A stretch of DNA of 64,000 nt from Malacoraja senta (GCA_038087875.1 CM075993.1:808001-872000), one strand, 5' to 3'. Counted from the first letter of the stretch, positions 1-13,659 are shown. Notes: generated from the letters alone by a model not told the origin. Translations and numbers: made by a program.

Positions 1-449
1 TGCAATGTCCTTAGATCCTTTTGTGTTTCCATTTCTCATTCTTCTTTGTCCGTATAGTGACCTTCAAAGCCCACAGTAGTGGATTCCTGTGAAAGCGTGT
101 TCCAAAACCTACTGACTCCAGATCAGCTCTTGTAGTCTGAATGGGAGCAAATGTATAGAAAGAAGAGTGAGAAGAGGCAATGACAGAGAAGGGTCACCAC
201 CCGATATGTCACCTATTCCTTCTCTCCAGAGATGCTGTCTGACCCGCTGAGTTACTCTAGCTTTTTTTGTATATCTTCGGTTCAAACCAACATCTGGTTC
301 CTTCCTACATGACTGATCTGTTCTGTTCCTTGAGAATGAGGAACTTCCTTCCTCTCTGGCTTTGTGGGTTCTGAGGTGACCCATGAGACCAATGAGGGAA
401 CCACAGAGCCTACCACAGATGGGTCTAAGTGTCGTTAAATATTGTAATT

Positions 450-860
450 ATATCTGCCTCTACCACTTCCTCTAGCAGTTCATTCCATAAATCCTGCACC
501 CTTTTTGTGAAAGAGTTGCCTCTTGGGTCTGTTTTAAATGTTTCCCTTCTCACCTTAAACTTACGCTCTCTAGTTTTAGACATTCCTACCTTAGGGAAAA
601 CATGTGGCTGTTCACCTTAGCTATGCCTCTCCTGATTTTGCATACCTCTATAAAGTCTCCCTCAGCCACCTATGTTCCAGGAGAAAAAGACACAGCCTAT
701 CAAATCCTCCAGACCTGGACATCCTATTGAATATTTTTGGCATTCTTTCCACTTTAATGACATCCTTCCTGTACAAGGCTAACCAGACTCCTACACATTA
801 GTGCCTTTCCCAATGTCCTACACAGCTACTGTATAACATGGAGTCCAAACCTCTGTACTC
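450..860 (-). mobile_element. Degenerate CR1 ORF2 3' fragment
   Basis: Reverse complement of the CR1 C-terminal signature (tctgcctctaccacttcctctagcagttcattcc...cccttctcaccttaaac). Confidence 0.65.
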
Positions 861-1729
861 ACCCAAATAGGTTAATTGGCCTGTTTCCATGTTGTGTGAT
901 TTTGACTCGAAAAGAATGCTATTAATCATTGTTCATCTGGGAATTGATGCTATTAATATACTGAGGATATAATGTCATCTAGTACTCCAAAAATATATAC
1001 ATTCTCTAATACACTTATGAGAGATGGGTAATATTCCAAAGCAGCTTCAACCACTTAATATTCTGACAGTATACTTTGTCCATTAATACTTCTGTACACA
1101 ATACAGAATATGTACAGAAGTATTATTTATTTATACAGAAATTATACAGAAATTATCCATGCAGTCTATTTATACTCCATTGGGCCTGGAAATTCTAGAG
1201 TGCTTTAAAAGATTATATTCCTTCGTGTAACACACAAAAATTGTTGAGCCACAAATTGTGAGCTCCTTGTTTTAATGATCTAACTCAACTGATGTTTACT
1301 CTGGACATTATTATGAGTAGCCTGTTTAATGACTGTAGACTAATGGGCCTGCGGTTTGAATAGATTCCTACATTTGTAGTCCCATTTATGAGTGGTCTCG
1401 GTATGTTAATGACGGATATTATCGAAGCTGCTGTATTTTGGAAAAGATTTCCCATTGCCTCTGATGCTTACACAAAGCTGTAACCTTTGTTCTCACAACA
1501 CTCTCTTTATTAGACTGTGACTAAACACTTACGCTGTAGTGTCGACAGTGGGGTTAGGAGGGAGAGATAGATCAGCCACGATTGAATGGCAGAGTAAACT
1601 TGATGGGCCAAATGGCCTAATTCTGCTCCTATCACTTATTAACATGAACTATCCACCAAGGGCTGCTGCATCTCCCGGTTGCAAACCATATCACCTTCCC
1701 TTCCCATTCCCATACCCACCTTTCTAAAC

Positions 1730-2180
1730 AAAATACACAGCGCTGGGGTTACTCAGCCTGACCCCCTGAGTCAGTCCAGCACTTTGTTTATTTGCTCAAG
1801 ATTCCAGCATCTGTAATTCCTTGTTTTAACCTGGGCCTCCTCCGTTGCCAGAATGAAGACACACGCAAACTGGAGGAAAATCACTTCATATTCCACTTGG
1901 GTGGCTTATAACCCAACGGTGTGAACATTGAATTCTCCAATTTCAAGTAATCCCCCACCTCCTCACGCATTCTGATACCAGTCCTGACCACCCTAGTCCC
2001 AACGCATCTCCCTCATTATCTCCCCAGGCGCTGCTCCTTTCCCTTTCTTTGTACATTCACCTCCTTCCCAAAGTCCCCCATTTCCATTTTCCCCTTGCTC
2101 TTTCCCCTCCCGCCTCTGTCCACCCACATCCATTGCATAAGCTTTACATTTCACTCCTCTTCTCTCATTATCTGACATCC
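1730..2180 (+). mobile_element. Penelope-like element 3' fragment (GIY-YIG C-terminus and pyrimidine-rich 3' UTR)
   Basis: 1847-1950 reads CQNEDTRKLEENHFIFHLGGL*PNGVNIEFSNFK*, matching the PLE C-termini at 36140-36232 and 43385-43500. Confidence 0.7.
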
Positions 2181-2486
2181 TCGTGGAAGGGATAAGAGTA
2201 TGATAGTCATCCACATTTTTATGGACCATGCTTTTGCTAAGAAGGTCTGGATGAGTCTTGGCTGAGGTTGATCCTGAGCAGCTGTGTAACACAGGAGGCT
2301 ATGGTCTCCGGCCTGTTTCCAGGGCTGTACACTGAGACACACATCAGCATTAGGGCAGATGGTACAGCCGGCTGTGGTGGGGCAATTAAACTAGCCGGGA
2401 GCGAGATGACTGTGGTGCTGATGTCTTGACTGGGGGTTGAGGGGCTGGGGTTAAATAATTTAACTGTCTTCTGCTCCTGTTCCTAG

Positions 2487-2685
2487 ATGTGGGAAAGCAG
2501 CGAGGCTGAGATTTCCCTGGATTTGCTGTACACTGAGGACCTCGATAGCCCTGCGGATGAACTGGTGTATTCTGTCAGTCCTCCATCCAATGGAAACGTG
2601 GCACTGAAGTCATCGCTGGATGTCAGCATCCTGCAGTTTAGCCAGGCCGCGATCAATGCCGGGCAGGTCACCTTCGTGCACCACG
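2487..2685 (+). CDS. CSPG4: Chondroitin sulfate proteoglycan 4 (NG2), internal exon (CSPG repeat region); upstream exons lie outside the window
   Basis: Acceptor tcctag at 2481-2486 and donor gtaag at 2686. 199 nt, ends phase 1. Translation MWESSEAEISLDLLYTEDLDSPADELVYSV...FSQAAINAGQVTFVHHG is a typical CSPG repeat. Confidence 0.9.
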
Positions 2686-3169
2686 GTAAGGCCACAACTG
2701 TCTACCCCATCCCAAAGGCTGGCAGTGATGGCACAGAGAGGGGTGGTGGGCAGGGAGGTCCCACCATTAAAGTACGCTGCAGAGTGTCAAATCAGGGTAG
2801 GATACAAAGTGCCCTTGGTTGATCCTGGTTTAAACCAAAGATAGACACAAAATGCTGGCGTAACTCAGTGGGACAGGGAACATCTCTGGAGAGAAGGAAT
2901 GGGTGATGTTTCGAGTCCAGACTGAGGTGATACAAGGTGTCTTCTTTACATTGCCTTTTCCTGGATTCTTGTCAATATGGGCGAAGAAACATCAGGCCAA
3001 CAACTGTCCTGTTAATATTAATAAATAATAACTTAATTTCCAGATTTGATATTTTTGGATCAAGCCCTACATCAGACAAAGATCTTGGGTTGAGAATCAC
3101 ATTCACCACCATCTGGGATCAGAAATTTCTATCCTGAATGGTGAAACTTATTTTGAGACAGTGACCTAG

Positions 3170-3605
3170 TCATAGAGTAATACAGCGTGGAAACAGGCCC
3201 TTCGGCCCAACTTGCCCACACCGGTCAACATGTCCCAGCTACACTAGTCCCACCTGCCTGCACTTTGTCCATATCCCTCCAAACCTGTCCTATCCATGTA
3301 CCTGTCTAACTGTTTCTTAAATGTTGGGATAATCCCACCTCAACTAACTCCACTGGCTGCTTGTTCCGTACACCCACCACCCTTTGTGTGAAAATGTTAC
3401 CCTCAGATTCCTATTAACTCTTTTCCCCTTCACCTTGAACTAATGTCCTCTGGTCCTCGATTACCCTACTCTGGGCAAGAGATTCTGTGCATCTACCCGA
3501 TCTATTCCTCTCATGATTGTATACACCTCTAGAAGATCTCCCCTCATCCTCCTGCGCTCCAAGAAACCCAGTCTAATCAACCGCTCCCTATAGCTCAGAC
3601 CCTCT
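3170..3605 (-). mobile_element. CR1 3' fragment
   Basis: Same tail family (acagcgtggaaacaggcccttcggcccaacttgcccacacc) as 22340-22665 and 41875-42020. Confidence 0.75.
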
Positions 3606-3607
3606 AG

Positions 3608-4130
3608 GTGAGAGGGCAGAGATTTAAGAGGGACTTTTTACATAGATGGTAGTTTGTATTTGGAATGAGCTGCCAGAGGAAGCTATCGAAGCGTATCTCT
3701 GGAATTCTCTGCCACAGAAGGTAGTTGAGGCCAGTTCATTGGCTATATTTAAGAGGGAGTTAGATGTGGCCCTTGTGGCCAAAGGGATCAGGGGGTATAG
3801 AGAGAAGGCAGGTACAGGATACTGAGTTGGATGATCAGCCATGATCATATTGAATGGCGGTGCAGGCTCGAAGGGCCGAATGGCCTACTCCTGCACCTAT
3901 TTTCTATGCTTCTATGTTTCTATGTATACAATTACAGGTTGTGATAGGCTGGCTGGTCTCGCTGGTGTCTTTAAAAGATATTGGAACAGATATCTGGATA
4001 GGAAGGGTATACAGAGATATGGGCCAAATGCAGGTAAATTGGACTCTGCTAGTATGCCAACTCGGATGCCATGCTCAAGGTGGGCTGAAGGGCCTGTTTC
4101 CATGCTGTACAGCTCTACGACTTTATGACT
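3608..4130 (+). mobile_element. Older CR1 3' fragment carrying a nested young CR1 3' end (about 3692-3923)
   Basis: The inner piece is nearly the exact reverse complement of 7618-7845 and ends in tttctatg repeats. Confidence 0.75.
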
Positions 4131-4221
4131 ATGCAGTACCACAAGTGGACATCGAAACAGGAAACTCATGCAAATAAATAGCATATTCTAAACTGCTTCC
4201 CCCCCCCCCCGTGTCTCTCAG

Positions 4222-4356
4222 GGTCATCATCGTCCGGAGGGTTCCACTTTCAGGTGTCTGATGGGATTAACCACACACCCACCCACTTCTTCAAAGTCAG
4301 GGCCAGATCCCTCAATATTCAGATCAAAACCGAGGAGACTCTTTTTATTTATCCAG
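4222..4356 (+). CDS. CSPG4: CSPG4 internal exon
   Basis: Acceptor ctctcag and donor gtaag at 4357. 135 nt, phase 1 to 1. Reads GSSSSGGFHFQVSDGINHTPTHFFKVRAR...FIYPG, resembling mammalian GGFRFRLSDGEHTSPGHFFRV. Confidence 0.9.
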
Positions 4357-4635
4357 GTAAGGGCAAGGTTGGTGTGGGTTGCATCAGACTCAGGACTCGG
4401 GGTCTCTCGCCCTCACTCTGCTGCTCCAGAACCCGGAGGGAAGCGAGGCGTGAGACTCTAGTTTTGTGGCTCAGTGTTCAGCACCGCACTGAGGTGTGTG
4501 GCATGGTGGGGTGGGAATCGGTGCATGTTTTGAGTGGGGAGTGCAGACAGAGTGAATGGCTCAGACATGGCATGGAGTGGAGATGGAGCTGACATGAATG
4601 GTTCACTCTTCCTTTCATTTCACCCACCCACCCAG

Positions 4636-4808
4636 GGACAATTCAGCCAATCACAACCCGGCACCTAAAGGCAAGAACCAATGATGACAGCAGAGCAAAC
4701 AGCAGACCAATCCTATACACGGTTGTGACTCCTCCTGCTTTGGGGCAACTGATCACAGTTGACACAGGGAATGTGACCAGGATCGTTTCCAGCTTCACTG
4801 AAGAAGAC
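4636..4808 (+). CDS. CSPG4: CSPG4 internal exon
   Basis: Acceptor cccag and donor gtgagt at 4809. 173 nt, phase 1 to 0. Reads GTIQPITTRHLKART...ILYTVVTPPALGQLITV...SSFTEED. Confidence 0.9.
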
Positions 4809-6542
4809 GTGAGTTTAATTTCACTCCGCATTGATTCCTTGAAGAAGGGTGCTGGAGAGATTTCCAGCTGGGAGCTGAGCTTTGAGCACCAAGTTTGGTG
4901 CAATCACAGAGTCTTTGGGCGGCGTGACTGGGTGCGGACAGATGCAAGCTGAGCAGTGATGCAGTTCTGCTCACGCTCACTGCCAATGCCATGGGGGAGG
5001 GGAATGTGGTGCAGGAATGATCAGAGTATGGACAGTGATGACATGTTCAAGATTGGCTCGGGGCAAATCATCCAGTCTAGGTGGGAAATATCAAACTGAA
5101 AAGCTGAAATTGCAAATGCTGTCATTCTAAACTAAAATATATAAAATGCTGACAATAGCAGGTTGGACAGCCTTTGTGTTTAGTTTAGTTTATTATTGTC
5201 ACATGTACCAAAGTACAGTGAAAAGCTTTTGTTGTGCTATCCAGTCAAGAGACTATAGCCGTCCACAGTGCACCCACAGATAAAGGGTAAAGGATACAAC
5301 ATAGAGTGCAAGAAGTCTCCAATGAAATAGATGGGAAGTCAGGACTGCACTACAGCTGGTGTGAGGATGGTTCAGTTGCCCAATGACAGCTGTGAAGAAA
5401 CTGTCCCAGAAGAGAGAAACAAAGTCAATGTTTCAGGAAAATGATCCTTCATCATAACACATCCTTTCCCAGTTGCCTTTGGAAGCGTCCAATCTTGTGG
5501 TGGGTTGAGATTGCACAGACTTCACTCCAGTTACCCAGAGCTCCATGGAATTAGGTGTGCTGCTAATGTTACTCCCTGTGTGCAAAATGGGAACAAGTTA
5601 AACAGAAAACAACAGATGCCCTGTGATGGGGTAAAGATCAACACTCAGGCAAAGTTCATCATTACTTCGAGCACCAAGGCAAATTCCTTGTATGTGAATA
5701 CTTGCCCAATAAACTTACTTACTTACTTGGAAAAATAGCTATAGATGGCTGCCTTTGTGAATTAAAACTAAACCATATTTAATTAACTTGTGTTCTTTGT
5801 TTCAGGGAGAAGATTGATAAGGGTAGTGTGGTTAATGTTGTACATGTGGTATTTCAGTATGCATGGGATAAGGAGCAACAAAACGTCAGCATAGGTGAAG
5901 CCCATGGGATTGCAGAGACTGGATACAGTATTAGATATGGGATAGAAAGCAGAGAGAATAGTGGCAAGCAGTATTGATTTAGACCTGAGACATATATTGT
6001 TCCCCTGGAATTGATATTGAAAGTACTGTCATTTTGATGTATAGCACTGTCATAAACTAAGTTTGATAGGGCATGAGTACAAACTTTGTATAGGTCACAA
6101 AATAAATAGTGAGGGCAATCACAGACTACATAATACAGACAGACTGGTGAAAGTGTGGACATGGGCCATGTGCTATTTAATGTGGGGAAGTTAGTGGGAA
6201 GCAATATTAAATGTTAAAAGTTGACACAGGAAGCTGGGCGTAATAAATTAGGGCATCAATTTCATACACAAGAACGTTAGATTCATCGTGGAATTGTAAA
6301 ATGAGCAAGGTTTGACCCCAGTTGAAGTACTGTGTTCAATCTGGGGCCCATGTTTCAGGCAGGATGTGAGGGCCTCAGAGAGGGTGCAGAGGAGATTTAC
6401 TGGAATGAGGGGATGAGGGCTCCGGGGATAGACTGGAGCAGCTGAGATCGTTCAATGGGACCTGCATTGGAGCCATCCACATTCACCATGCCTGTTCCTG
6501 AGGCAACCAGAGCATCCAGAGTTGAACGAGCCAGTGGCTACA

Positions 6543-7166
6543 AATGGGTGGTTGGTGATGTGTAACTCTCCAGTGTCAGGGGAGATGAATGAGGTTCTGA
6601 AATCACATTGCTCATACTTCATGATGGAAGAATGTAATTAATATCCAGAGTGAAGATAATGCCAGACTGTAGGCTGCATTTATATATCTCCAATCAGAGG
6701 GAAATGACACAGACAAATCCAGCCTACAGATTCAGTCATAAGTTTCAAATGAAAATTGTGGATATGCTTGAAGGGTTTTCAAGGCTCTGGGAAGAGTGAG
6801 GGAGTCGGACAAATGGAGAGCAGAAATGAATGTCAGAATGGTCTCCCTTGCTGTTCTGCAGAGACTGGTCCATGAGGAAAAACTACTTGGCATAGCAGTG
6901 AACGAACGGCTGACGGGACCTTCAGCAGAGTGCAGGGGAAAACAAGACAAGGAAGATATCAGATAAATTCACTTGTAATGTGAAGATTGGCGTTCTAGTT
7001 TAATGGGTTGTTGCTGATGTGTAACTCTCCAGTGTCGGGGGAGATGAATGAGGTTCAGAAATCACCTTGCTCATACTTCATGATGGAAAAATGTAATTAA
7101 TATCCAGAGTGAAGATAATGCCAGATTGTAGACTGCATTGTTATATCTCCAACCAGAGGGAAATGA
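6543..7166. repeat. Two ~165-bp direct repeats (6543-6707 and 7002-7166) separated by about 295 bp
   Basis: Aligned by eye at offset 459 with scattered substitutions. Confidence 0.85.
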
Positions 7167-7389
7167 ATGAGCACCATTACCTGATCTGTCAGATTATTGT
7201 GAAACTCATTCACACACTGCTCACTGAGCAATTCTCTTCAAGGTTCCTTAAACTGTCCAGGTCCTAGATGATAAAATGTCTATGCTAAGCCACCTCTCAA
7301 AGAACAGCTGCAGGGTAATGCATAAAAGTAAAAAATCTCAGTTAACGCTCCTGCACTTGTGTCTGTGTTTGACCAATCAATTAAAGACT

Positions 7390-7617
7390 TAGTGGACACT
7401 GTGTAAAATCATGAGGGGAACAGATAGAGTGAATGCATTGTCTTTTTCCCAGGATAGCGAATCAAGAACCAGAGGACATAGATTTAAGTTGAGAGGGGAA
7501 AGATTTAATTGGAACCTAATGGGTGGTGGTGGGTCAATCATGGAACGAGCTACCATTGGAGGTAGCTGAAGCAGGTACTGAAATAGCATTTAAAATACAT
7601 TTGAATGGGTACATGAG
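7390..7617 (+). mobile_element. Older CR1 3' fragment, left half of the host interrupted by the young CR1; it resumes at 10818-10935
   Basis: CR1 ORF2 C-terminal signature (aaccagaggacatagatttaag..). After the insertion it continues with gtttagagggatatgggcc...cctgtttccgtgttgtatgactgtgact. Confidence 0.75.
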
Positions 7618-10600
7618 TAGAAACATAGAAACATAGAAAATAGGTGCAGGAGTAGGCCATTCGGCCCTTCGAGCCTGCACCGCCATTCAATATGATCATG
7701 GCTGATCATCCTACTCAGTATCCTGTACCTGCCTTCTCTCCATACCCCCTGATCCCTTTAGCCACAAGGGCCACATCTAACTCCCTCTTAAATATAGCCA
7801 ATGAACTGGCCTCAACTACCTTCTGTGGCAGAGAGTTCCAGAGATTCACCACTCTCTGTGTGAAAAATGTTTTTCTCATCTCGGTCCTAAAGGATTTCCC
7901 CTTAATCCTTAAACTGTGACCCCTTGTCCTGGACTTCCCCAACATCGGTAACAATCTTCCAGCATCTAGCCTGTCCAACCCCTTAAGAATTTTGTACGTT
8001 TCTATAAGATCCCCCCTCAATCTTCTAAATTCTAGCGAGTACAAGCCGAGTCTATCCAGTCTTTCTTCATATGAAAGTCCTGACATCCCAGGAATCAATC
8101 TGGTGAACCTTCTCTGTACTCCCTCTATGGCAAGAATGTCTTTCCTCAGATTTGGAGACCAAAACTGTACGCAATACTCCAGGTGTGGTCTCACCAAGAC
8201 CCTGTACAACTGCAGTAGAACCTCCCTGCTCCTATACTCAAATCCTTTTGCTATGAATGCTAACATACCATTCGCTTTCTTCACTGCCTGCTGCACCTGC
8301 ATGCCTACTTTCAATGACTGGTGTACCATGACACCCAGATCTCGTTGCATCTCCCCTTTTCCTAATCGGCCACCATTTAGATAATAGTCTACGTTCCTGT
8401 TTTTGCCACCAAAGTGGATAACCTCACATTTATCCACATTATACTACATCTGCCATGCATTTGCCCACTCACCCAGCCTATCCAAGTCACCTTGCAGCCT
8501 CCTAGCATCCTCCTCACAGCTAACACTGCCCCCCAGCTTCGTGTCATCCGCAAACTTGGAGATGTTGCATTCAATTCCCTCGTCCAAATCATTAATATAT
8601 ATTGTAAATAGCTGGGGTCCCAGCACTGAGCCTTGCGGTACCGCACTAGTCACTGCCTGCCATTCTGAAAAGGATCCGTTTACTCCTACTCTTTGCTTCC
8701 TGTTTGCCAGCCAGTTCTCTATCCACATTAATACTGAACCCCCAATACTGTGTGCTTTATGTTTGTATACTAATCTCTTATGTGGGACCTTGTCGAAAGC
8801 CTTCTGAAAGTCCAGATATAACACATCCACTGGTTCTCCCTTATCCACTCTACTGGTTACATCCTCGAAAAATTCTATAAGATTCGTCAGACATGATTTA
8901 CCTTTCGTAAATCCATGCTGACTTTGTCCAATGATTTCACCACTTTCCAAATGTGCTGCTATCCCATCTTTAATAACTGACTAGCAGTTTCCCCACTACC
9001 GATGTTAGACTAACTGGTCTGTAATTTCCCGTTTTCTCTCTCCCTCCCTTTTTAAAAATGGGGGTTACATTAGCTACCCTCCAATCCTCAGGAACTACTC
9101 CAGAATCTAAGGAGTTTGGAAAATGTATCACTAATGCATCCACTATTTCTGGGGCTACTTCCTTAAGTACTCTGGGATGCAGCCTATCTGGCCCTGGGGA
9201 TTTATCGGCCTTTAATCCATTCAATTTACCTAACACCACTTCCCGGCTAACCTGGATTTCACTCAATTCCTCTATCTCATTTGCTTTGATACTATCCCTG
9301 ATTTCCCTTGTTATCCACAGATGCACCACCTTCCCTGATTTATTCTTTTGCCAAACTGGGATGAACAATTTTTGTAGTTCATCCATGCAGTCTTTAAATG
9401 CCTTCCATTGCATATCCACCGTCAACCCTTTAAGAATCAATTGCCAGTCAATCTTGGCCAATTCACGTTTCATACCCTCAAAGTTACCTTTCTTTAAGTT
9501 CAGAACCCTTGTTTCTGAATTAACAATGTCACTCTCGATCCTAATGAAGAACTCAACCATATTATGCTCACTCTTGCCCAAGGGGCCACGCACAACAAGA
9601 CTGCTATCTAACCCTTCCTCATTATTCAATACCCAGTCTAGAATAGCCTGCTCTCTCGTTGGTTCCTCTACATGTTGGTTTAGAAAACTATCCCGCATAC
9701 ATTCCAAGAAATCCTCTTCCTCAGCACCCCTGCCAATTTGATTCACCAATCTATATGTAGATTGAAGTCACCCATTATAACTGTTTTACCATTGTTGCAC
9801 GCATTTCTATTTTCCTGTTTGATGCCATCCCCAACTCCACTACTACTGTTAGGTGGCCTGTACACAACAACCACTAGCGTTTTCTGTCCCTTAGTGTTTC
9901 GTAGCTCTACCATATCGATTCCACATCCTCCAAGCGAATATCCTTCCTTTCCATTGCGTTAATCTCCTCTCTAACCAGCAACGCTACCCCACCTCCTTTT
10001 CCTTTCTGTCTATCCCTCCTGAATATTGAATATCCCTGGATGTTCAGCTCCCAGCCTTGGTCACCCTGGAGCCATGTCTCCGTGATCCCAACTATATCAT
10101 AATCATTAATAGCTATCTGCACATTCAACTCATCCACCTTATTACAAATGCTCCTTGCATTGAGACACAAAGCCTTCAGGCTTGTCTTTACAACGCTCTT
10201 ACCCCTTATACAATTATGTTGAAAAGTGGCCCTTTTTGATTTTTGCCCTGGATTTGTCTGCCTGCCACGTTTACTTTTCACCTTGTTACCTATTGCTTCT
10301 ATCCTCATTTTACACCCCTCTGTCTCTCTGCTCACACATTTAAGAAACCCACCACCTCTTATTCTCTGTTTATTATTTTTTTCTTCTTTCCCCCCTACCT
10401 GTTGGGTCTGAGTGCTTTCCTTCTCTGCCTCCTGCCTCACACACTGTCTACAAGCTTTCTCTATTTGAGTCCCTCCCCCCAACCGTTCTAGGTTAAAGTC
10501 TCCGCAGTGGCCTTTGCAAATCTCCCCGCCAGGATATTGGTCCCCTTCGGGTTCAAGTGCAACCCGTCCTTTTTGTACAGGTCACACCTTCCCCAAAAGA

Positions 10601-10817
10601 GGTCCCAATGATCCAGAAACTTGAATCCCTGCCCACTGCACCAGTCCTTCAGCCACGCATTTATCCTCCACCTCGCTCCATTCCTACTCTCACTGTCGCG
10701 TGGCACAGGCAGTAATCCCGAGATTGTTACCTTTGCGGTCCTTCTCCTTAACTCTCCTCCTAACTCCCTAAATTCTCCTTTCAGGACCTCTTCCCTTTTT
10801 CTACCTATGTCATTGGT
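7618..10817 (-). mobile_element. CR1-clade LINE, 5'-truncated and disrupted: ORF1 SGNH-esterase C-part, ORF2 APE endonuclease and RT, (TTTCTATG)n 3' tail
   Basis: ORF1 TNDIGRK...DGLHLNPKGT (10488-10817). Endonuclease [61 protein letters not shown]. 8-bp tail repeats at 7618-7640. Contains frameshifts, stops and an apparent internal deletion near 9281. Confidence 0.95.
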
Positions 10818-11529
10818 GAGGTTTAGAGGGATATGGGCCAAGCGCGATCAGGTGTGACTAGTGTAGCTATAGCATCTTGATCGTCATGGGCAAGTTGGGC
10901 CAAAGCACCTGTTTCCGTGTTGTATGACTGTGACTGCTCTGAAATCCTTTGTAATTATCCTCTGTCAGTGCAGGAGTTACAGAGTTGGGGCGAGTATGAG
11001 AAACCTTGGTGTACACAGCCTCCTCCCCAGGATCACCAAGCCCTCCCTCCCTCCACCAGTAGAGATTAGCTTGACGGTCTGCACTCAGATTTAAACTTGC
11101 TCTACTTTCCTGAATGCTGATTCCTCTTAAGAAGTTCTTCAAAGTAGGAATAATCTGGTTGAGGACAATTTAGATTGCCAGCTTTATGGTGGCTTCAGAA
11201 AGTCCAAGCATGTTCAACACAGAGCTCACTCTTGCAATAAGATACAGTGACATTCCTTGACCTTCAGGACCAAGGTTATACTGATGCAAGGCTTCAAAGA
11301 ATGGTTAATTCTAGCAACCATGAACCAGGCAGCAACATTAACCGGGTTCTGGACTGTCACCAAATCCAGACTCGTTGATAGTAACCAGGTCTGTGTGTAT
11401 AGGCGGTGATGGGATCTGGGTTAGTGGTGTAATGGTGCTGAGCTATGTGATCCTCTGCAGTAAGTTCCAGAGTGAAGGAGAGTGATCTTTGTCCACTGTG
11501 TTCACAATGACTTCTCCTTCCACCCATAG

Positions 11530-11713
11530 CTGGAGGCTGCCAACATTTTCTACCAACATGATTGGCCCAAGGAGCCCCTGTGGAAGAGCCAGGATTCATT
11601 CCAGTTTACGGTCTCATCTCTGCCGGCAGTCACGCAGACGCACAACCTGACCCTCTGGATCTCCTTTGAAAATGGTGGGCCTGAGCAAGGCAGCCAGCTC
11701 TGGAGGAATAAAG
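11530..11713 (+). CDS. CSPG4: CSPG4 penultimate coding exon (missed by the ORF track)
   Basis: Acceptor ccatag and donor gtaggc at 11714. 184 nt, phase 0 to 1. Reads LEAANIFYQHDWPKEPLWKSQDSFQF...SQLWRNKG, resembling mammalian GNILYEHEMPPEPFWEAHD...LWKNKG. Confidence 0.9.
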
Positions 11714-13659
11714 GTAGGCACAAACAGCTCTCTCCCCATCCCCAGCTCCAGGAGATGCTCGGGATATGTTTGCATGGGCATTCAGTGCTCTGGGTTACTG
11801 AGCAATCAGGGCAATCGCTCCTAAAAGGTTTTCCAGTCGACTAATTTCTTGTCATTTCTATTTTTTTGATCCTGGCTCCAGTTTCATATAATAAAAAAAT
11901 CTCCAAATGCCAAATGCAGCTGGAATAAGGCAGATAAAGCAGAACCAGTTGATGTGCTATGTTCACAGATGGTCTTTGATAAAACATGACTTCAAAGGTT
12001 ATTGCAGAAAATAAAAGCTTTTCAGGAACGATGCAACACATTGGCACGGACAGGCTCGTGGCATCTGGAGAGAAGGCACCAATAGGTCCCATTGTTTGAT
12101 GGGAAGATGTAATGAGTGGAGTGTTGAGGGAGCAGTGGCAGCACCTCAATGTTTACAACTAACATGATAATCTGAAGGTGTGGTGACAAATATAAAGTGG
12201 GAATATCTGAAATTGCCCCTGTTGGAAGGAAAAATCTAAACGTTGTGAATTGCCGAGTTCTGAGATGCAGAGGTCCCGGCTGTCTGTATTCAAGATTCAC
12301 AAAAGATTGGTATATAGAGTTTGCAAGTAATCAGGAAAGCTAACAACAAATTTATTGCAAAGAGAATTGAATACAAAAGTAAGGAGCTTGCACCAGTTAT
12401 ACAGCGCACCATGAGATCACACCTGGGGTATTGTGTACAATTTTAATCTCCTTGTTGAAGGGTTTTTAAAGCAATGGAAGCAGTTCCGAGGTTTTCCTAG
12501 ACTAATACCAGGAATGGAAGGATTGTCTGATAAGGAATAGTTATATAGACAAGGGGTGTATCCACTGGAGTTCAGAGGAGGTGACTTGAATGTGGAGTTG
12601 AAGTTACTGTCAGAGCAGCCATGATTGTATGACATGGCAGAGCAGGCTGGAGGGGTGGGATTCACCTGCTCACGTTCTATCTCAGTAATCTCCTTCATCC
12701 TAACATTCCCGTTTCTTATTTCCCTGATGTTACTTGCTGCTGCATTGGTGGCAGTGCTTACAACTTGTGATCTGGTGACCTGCGGTGATGGGGGGAGGTT
12801 ACAGGCGATGGCAAAGCATCACCACAGGATTTTCACCACATTCTGATGTTCAGTAAAACTCTGACACTTGGCAACAAATTACAGTAAATGTAGAAATTAA
12901 AACAGAAAATGCTGAGAGCACAGTTGTTGTGGAGCAGTGAACACATTGTGGATGATGCTCAGTGATGCACTGAAAGCAATGAGAAGCTGGCTCCATCCAC
13001 TCTGTTCACTTTAATTAATCAGAACCGTTTCACCTCAACGCCTACACCTCACAATGCATTGTCTTTCCCCCTCTCACCCCCTCTCCATTCCTGCATTCAG
13101 TTTGGCTCCAGTTGGATGTCATGATAGTCTGCAGGACATGACTTGTAAAACAGTCAGGAGGAGCGAATGAATAACTTCCAGCGAGTCAGTAATGATGGGA
13201 CTATTGTAAACGTCGTGCAGTTTACAGAGAGCAAGTCCCAACCTCAAAACTGAATTACATCAACAAAGTAATGCTTCTGGTCAGTGATGGTGTGTGTAGA
13301 ATCATTGCTCCTCCAGCCCACCTCTGGTGGTCAACCTTTCTGTTTTGACTTCTTCTATACTTGCTGGAGTGATAGGCTGAAAAATCAGAGCACCACAGTC
13401 TTTGAGGAGTTGCTGAGATTGTTGTTGTGCACAATTGCTCAGGGGTCTTGAGCAACAGGTTGTAGATACAGGTGTGAGAGAGCAGAACCAAATGTACGAA
13501 GGCTCTAAGTCTGTGTTGGTTAGTGAGTGGAGCAGATGGCAGCAGTACTGGAAGGCAGCATGATGGCTGAAGCCTGAAGTGGAGCCGGCTCATGGTGGAC
13601 AGGGCAGATGAGTTGTCTCCAGCTGCACAATCAACAACATGTCTTTTTTTCTTCTCCAG

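Noticed and set aside
7715..9749. Functional reverse transcriptase gene, retron or other novel RT system
   Set aside because: The motifs and tail are standard CR1 LINE ORF2, broken by stops, frameshifts and a deletion.
13608..13659. ATG at 13608 as the start of a stand-alone 631-aa gene
   Set aside because: A polypyrimidine tract and AG at 13658-13659, with phase matching the previous exon, show this is intron sequence before a CSPG4 exon.
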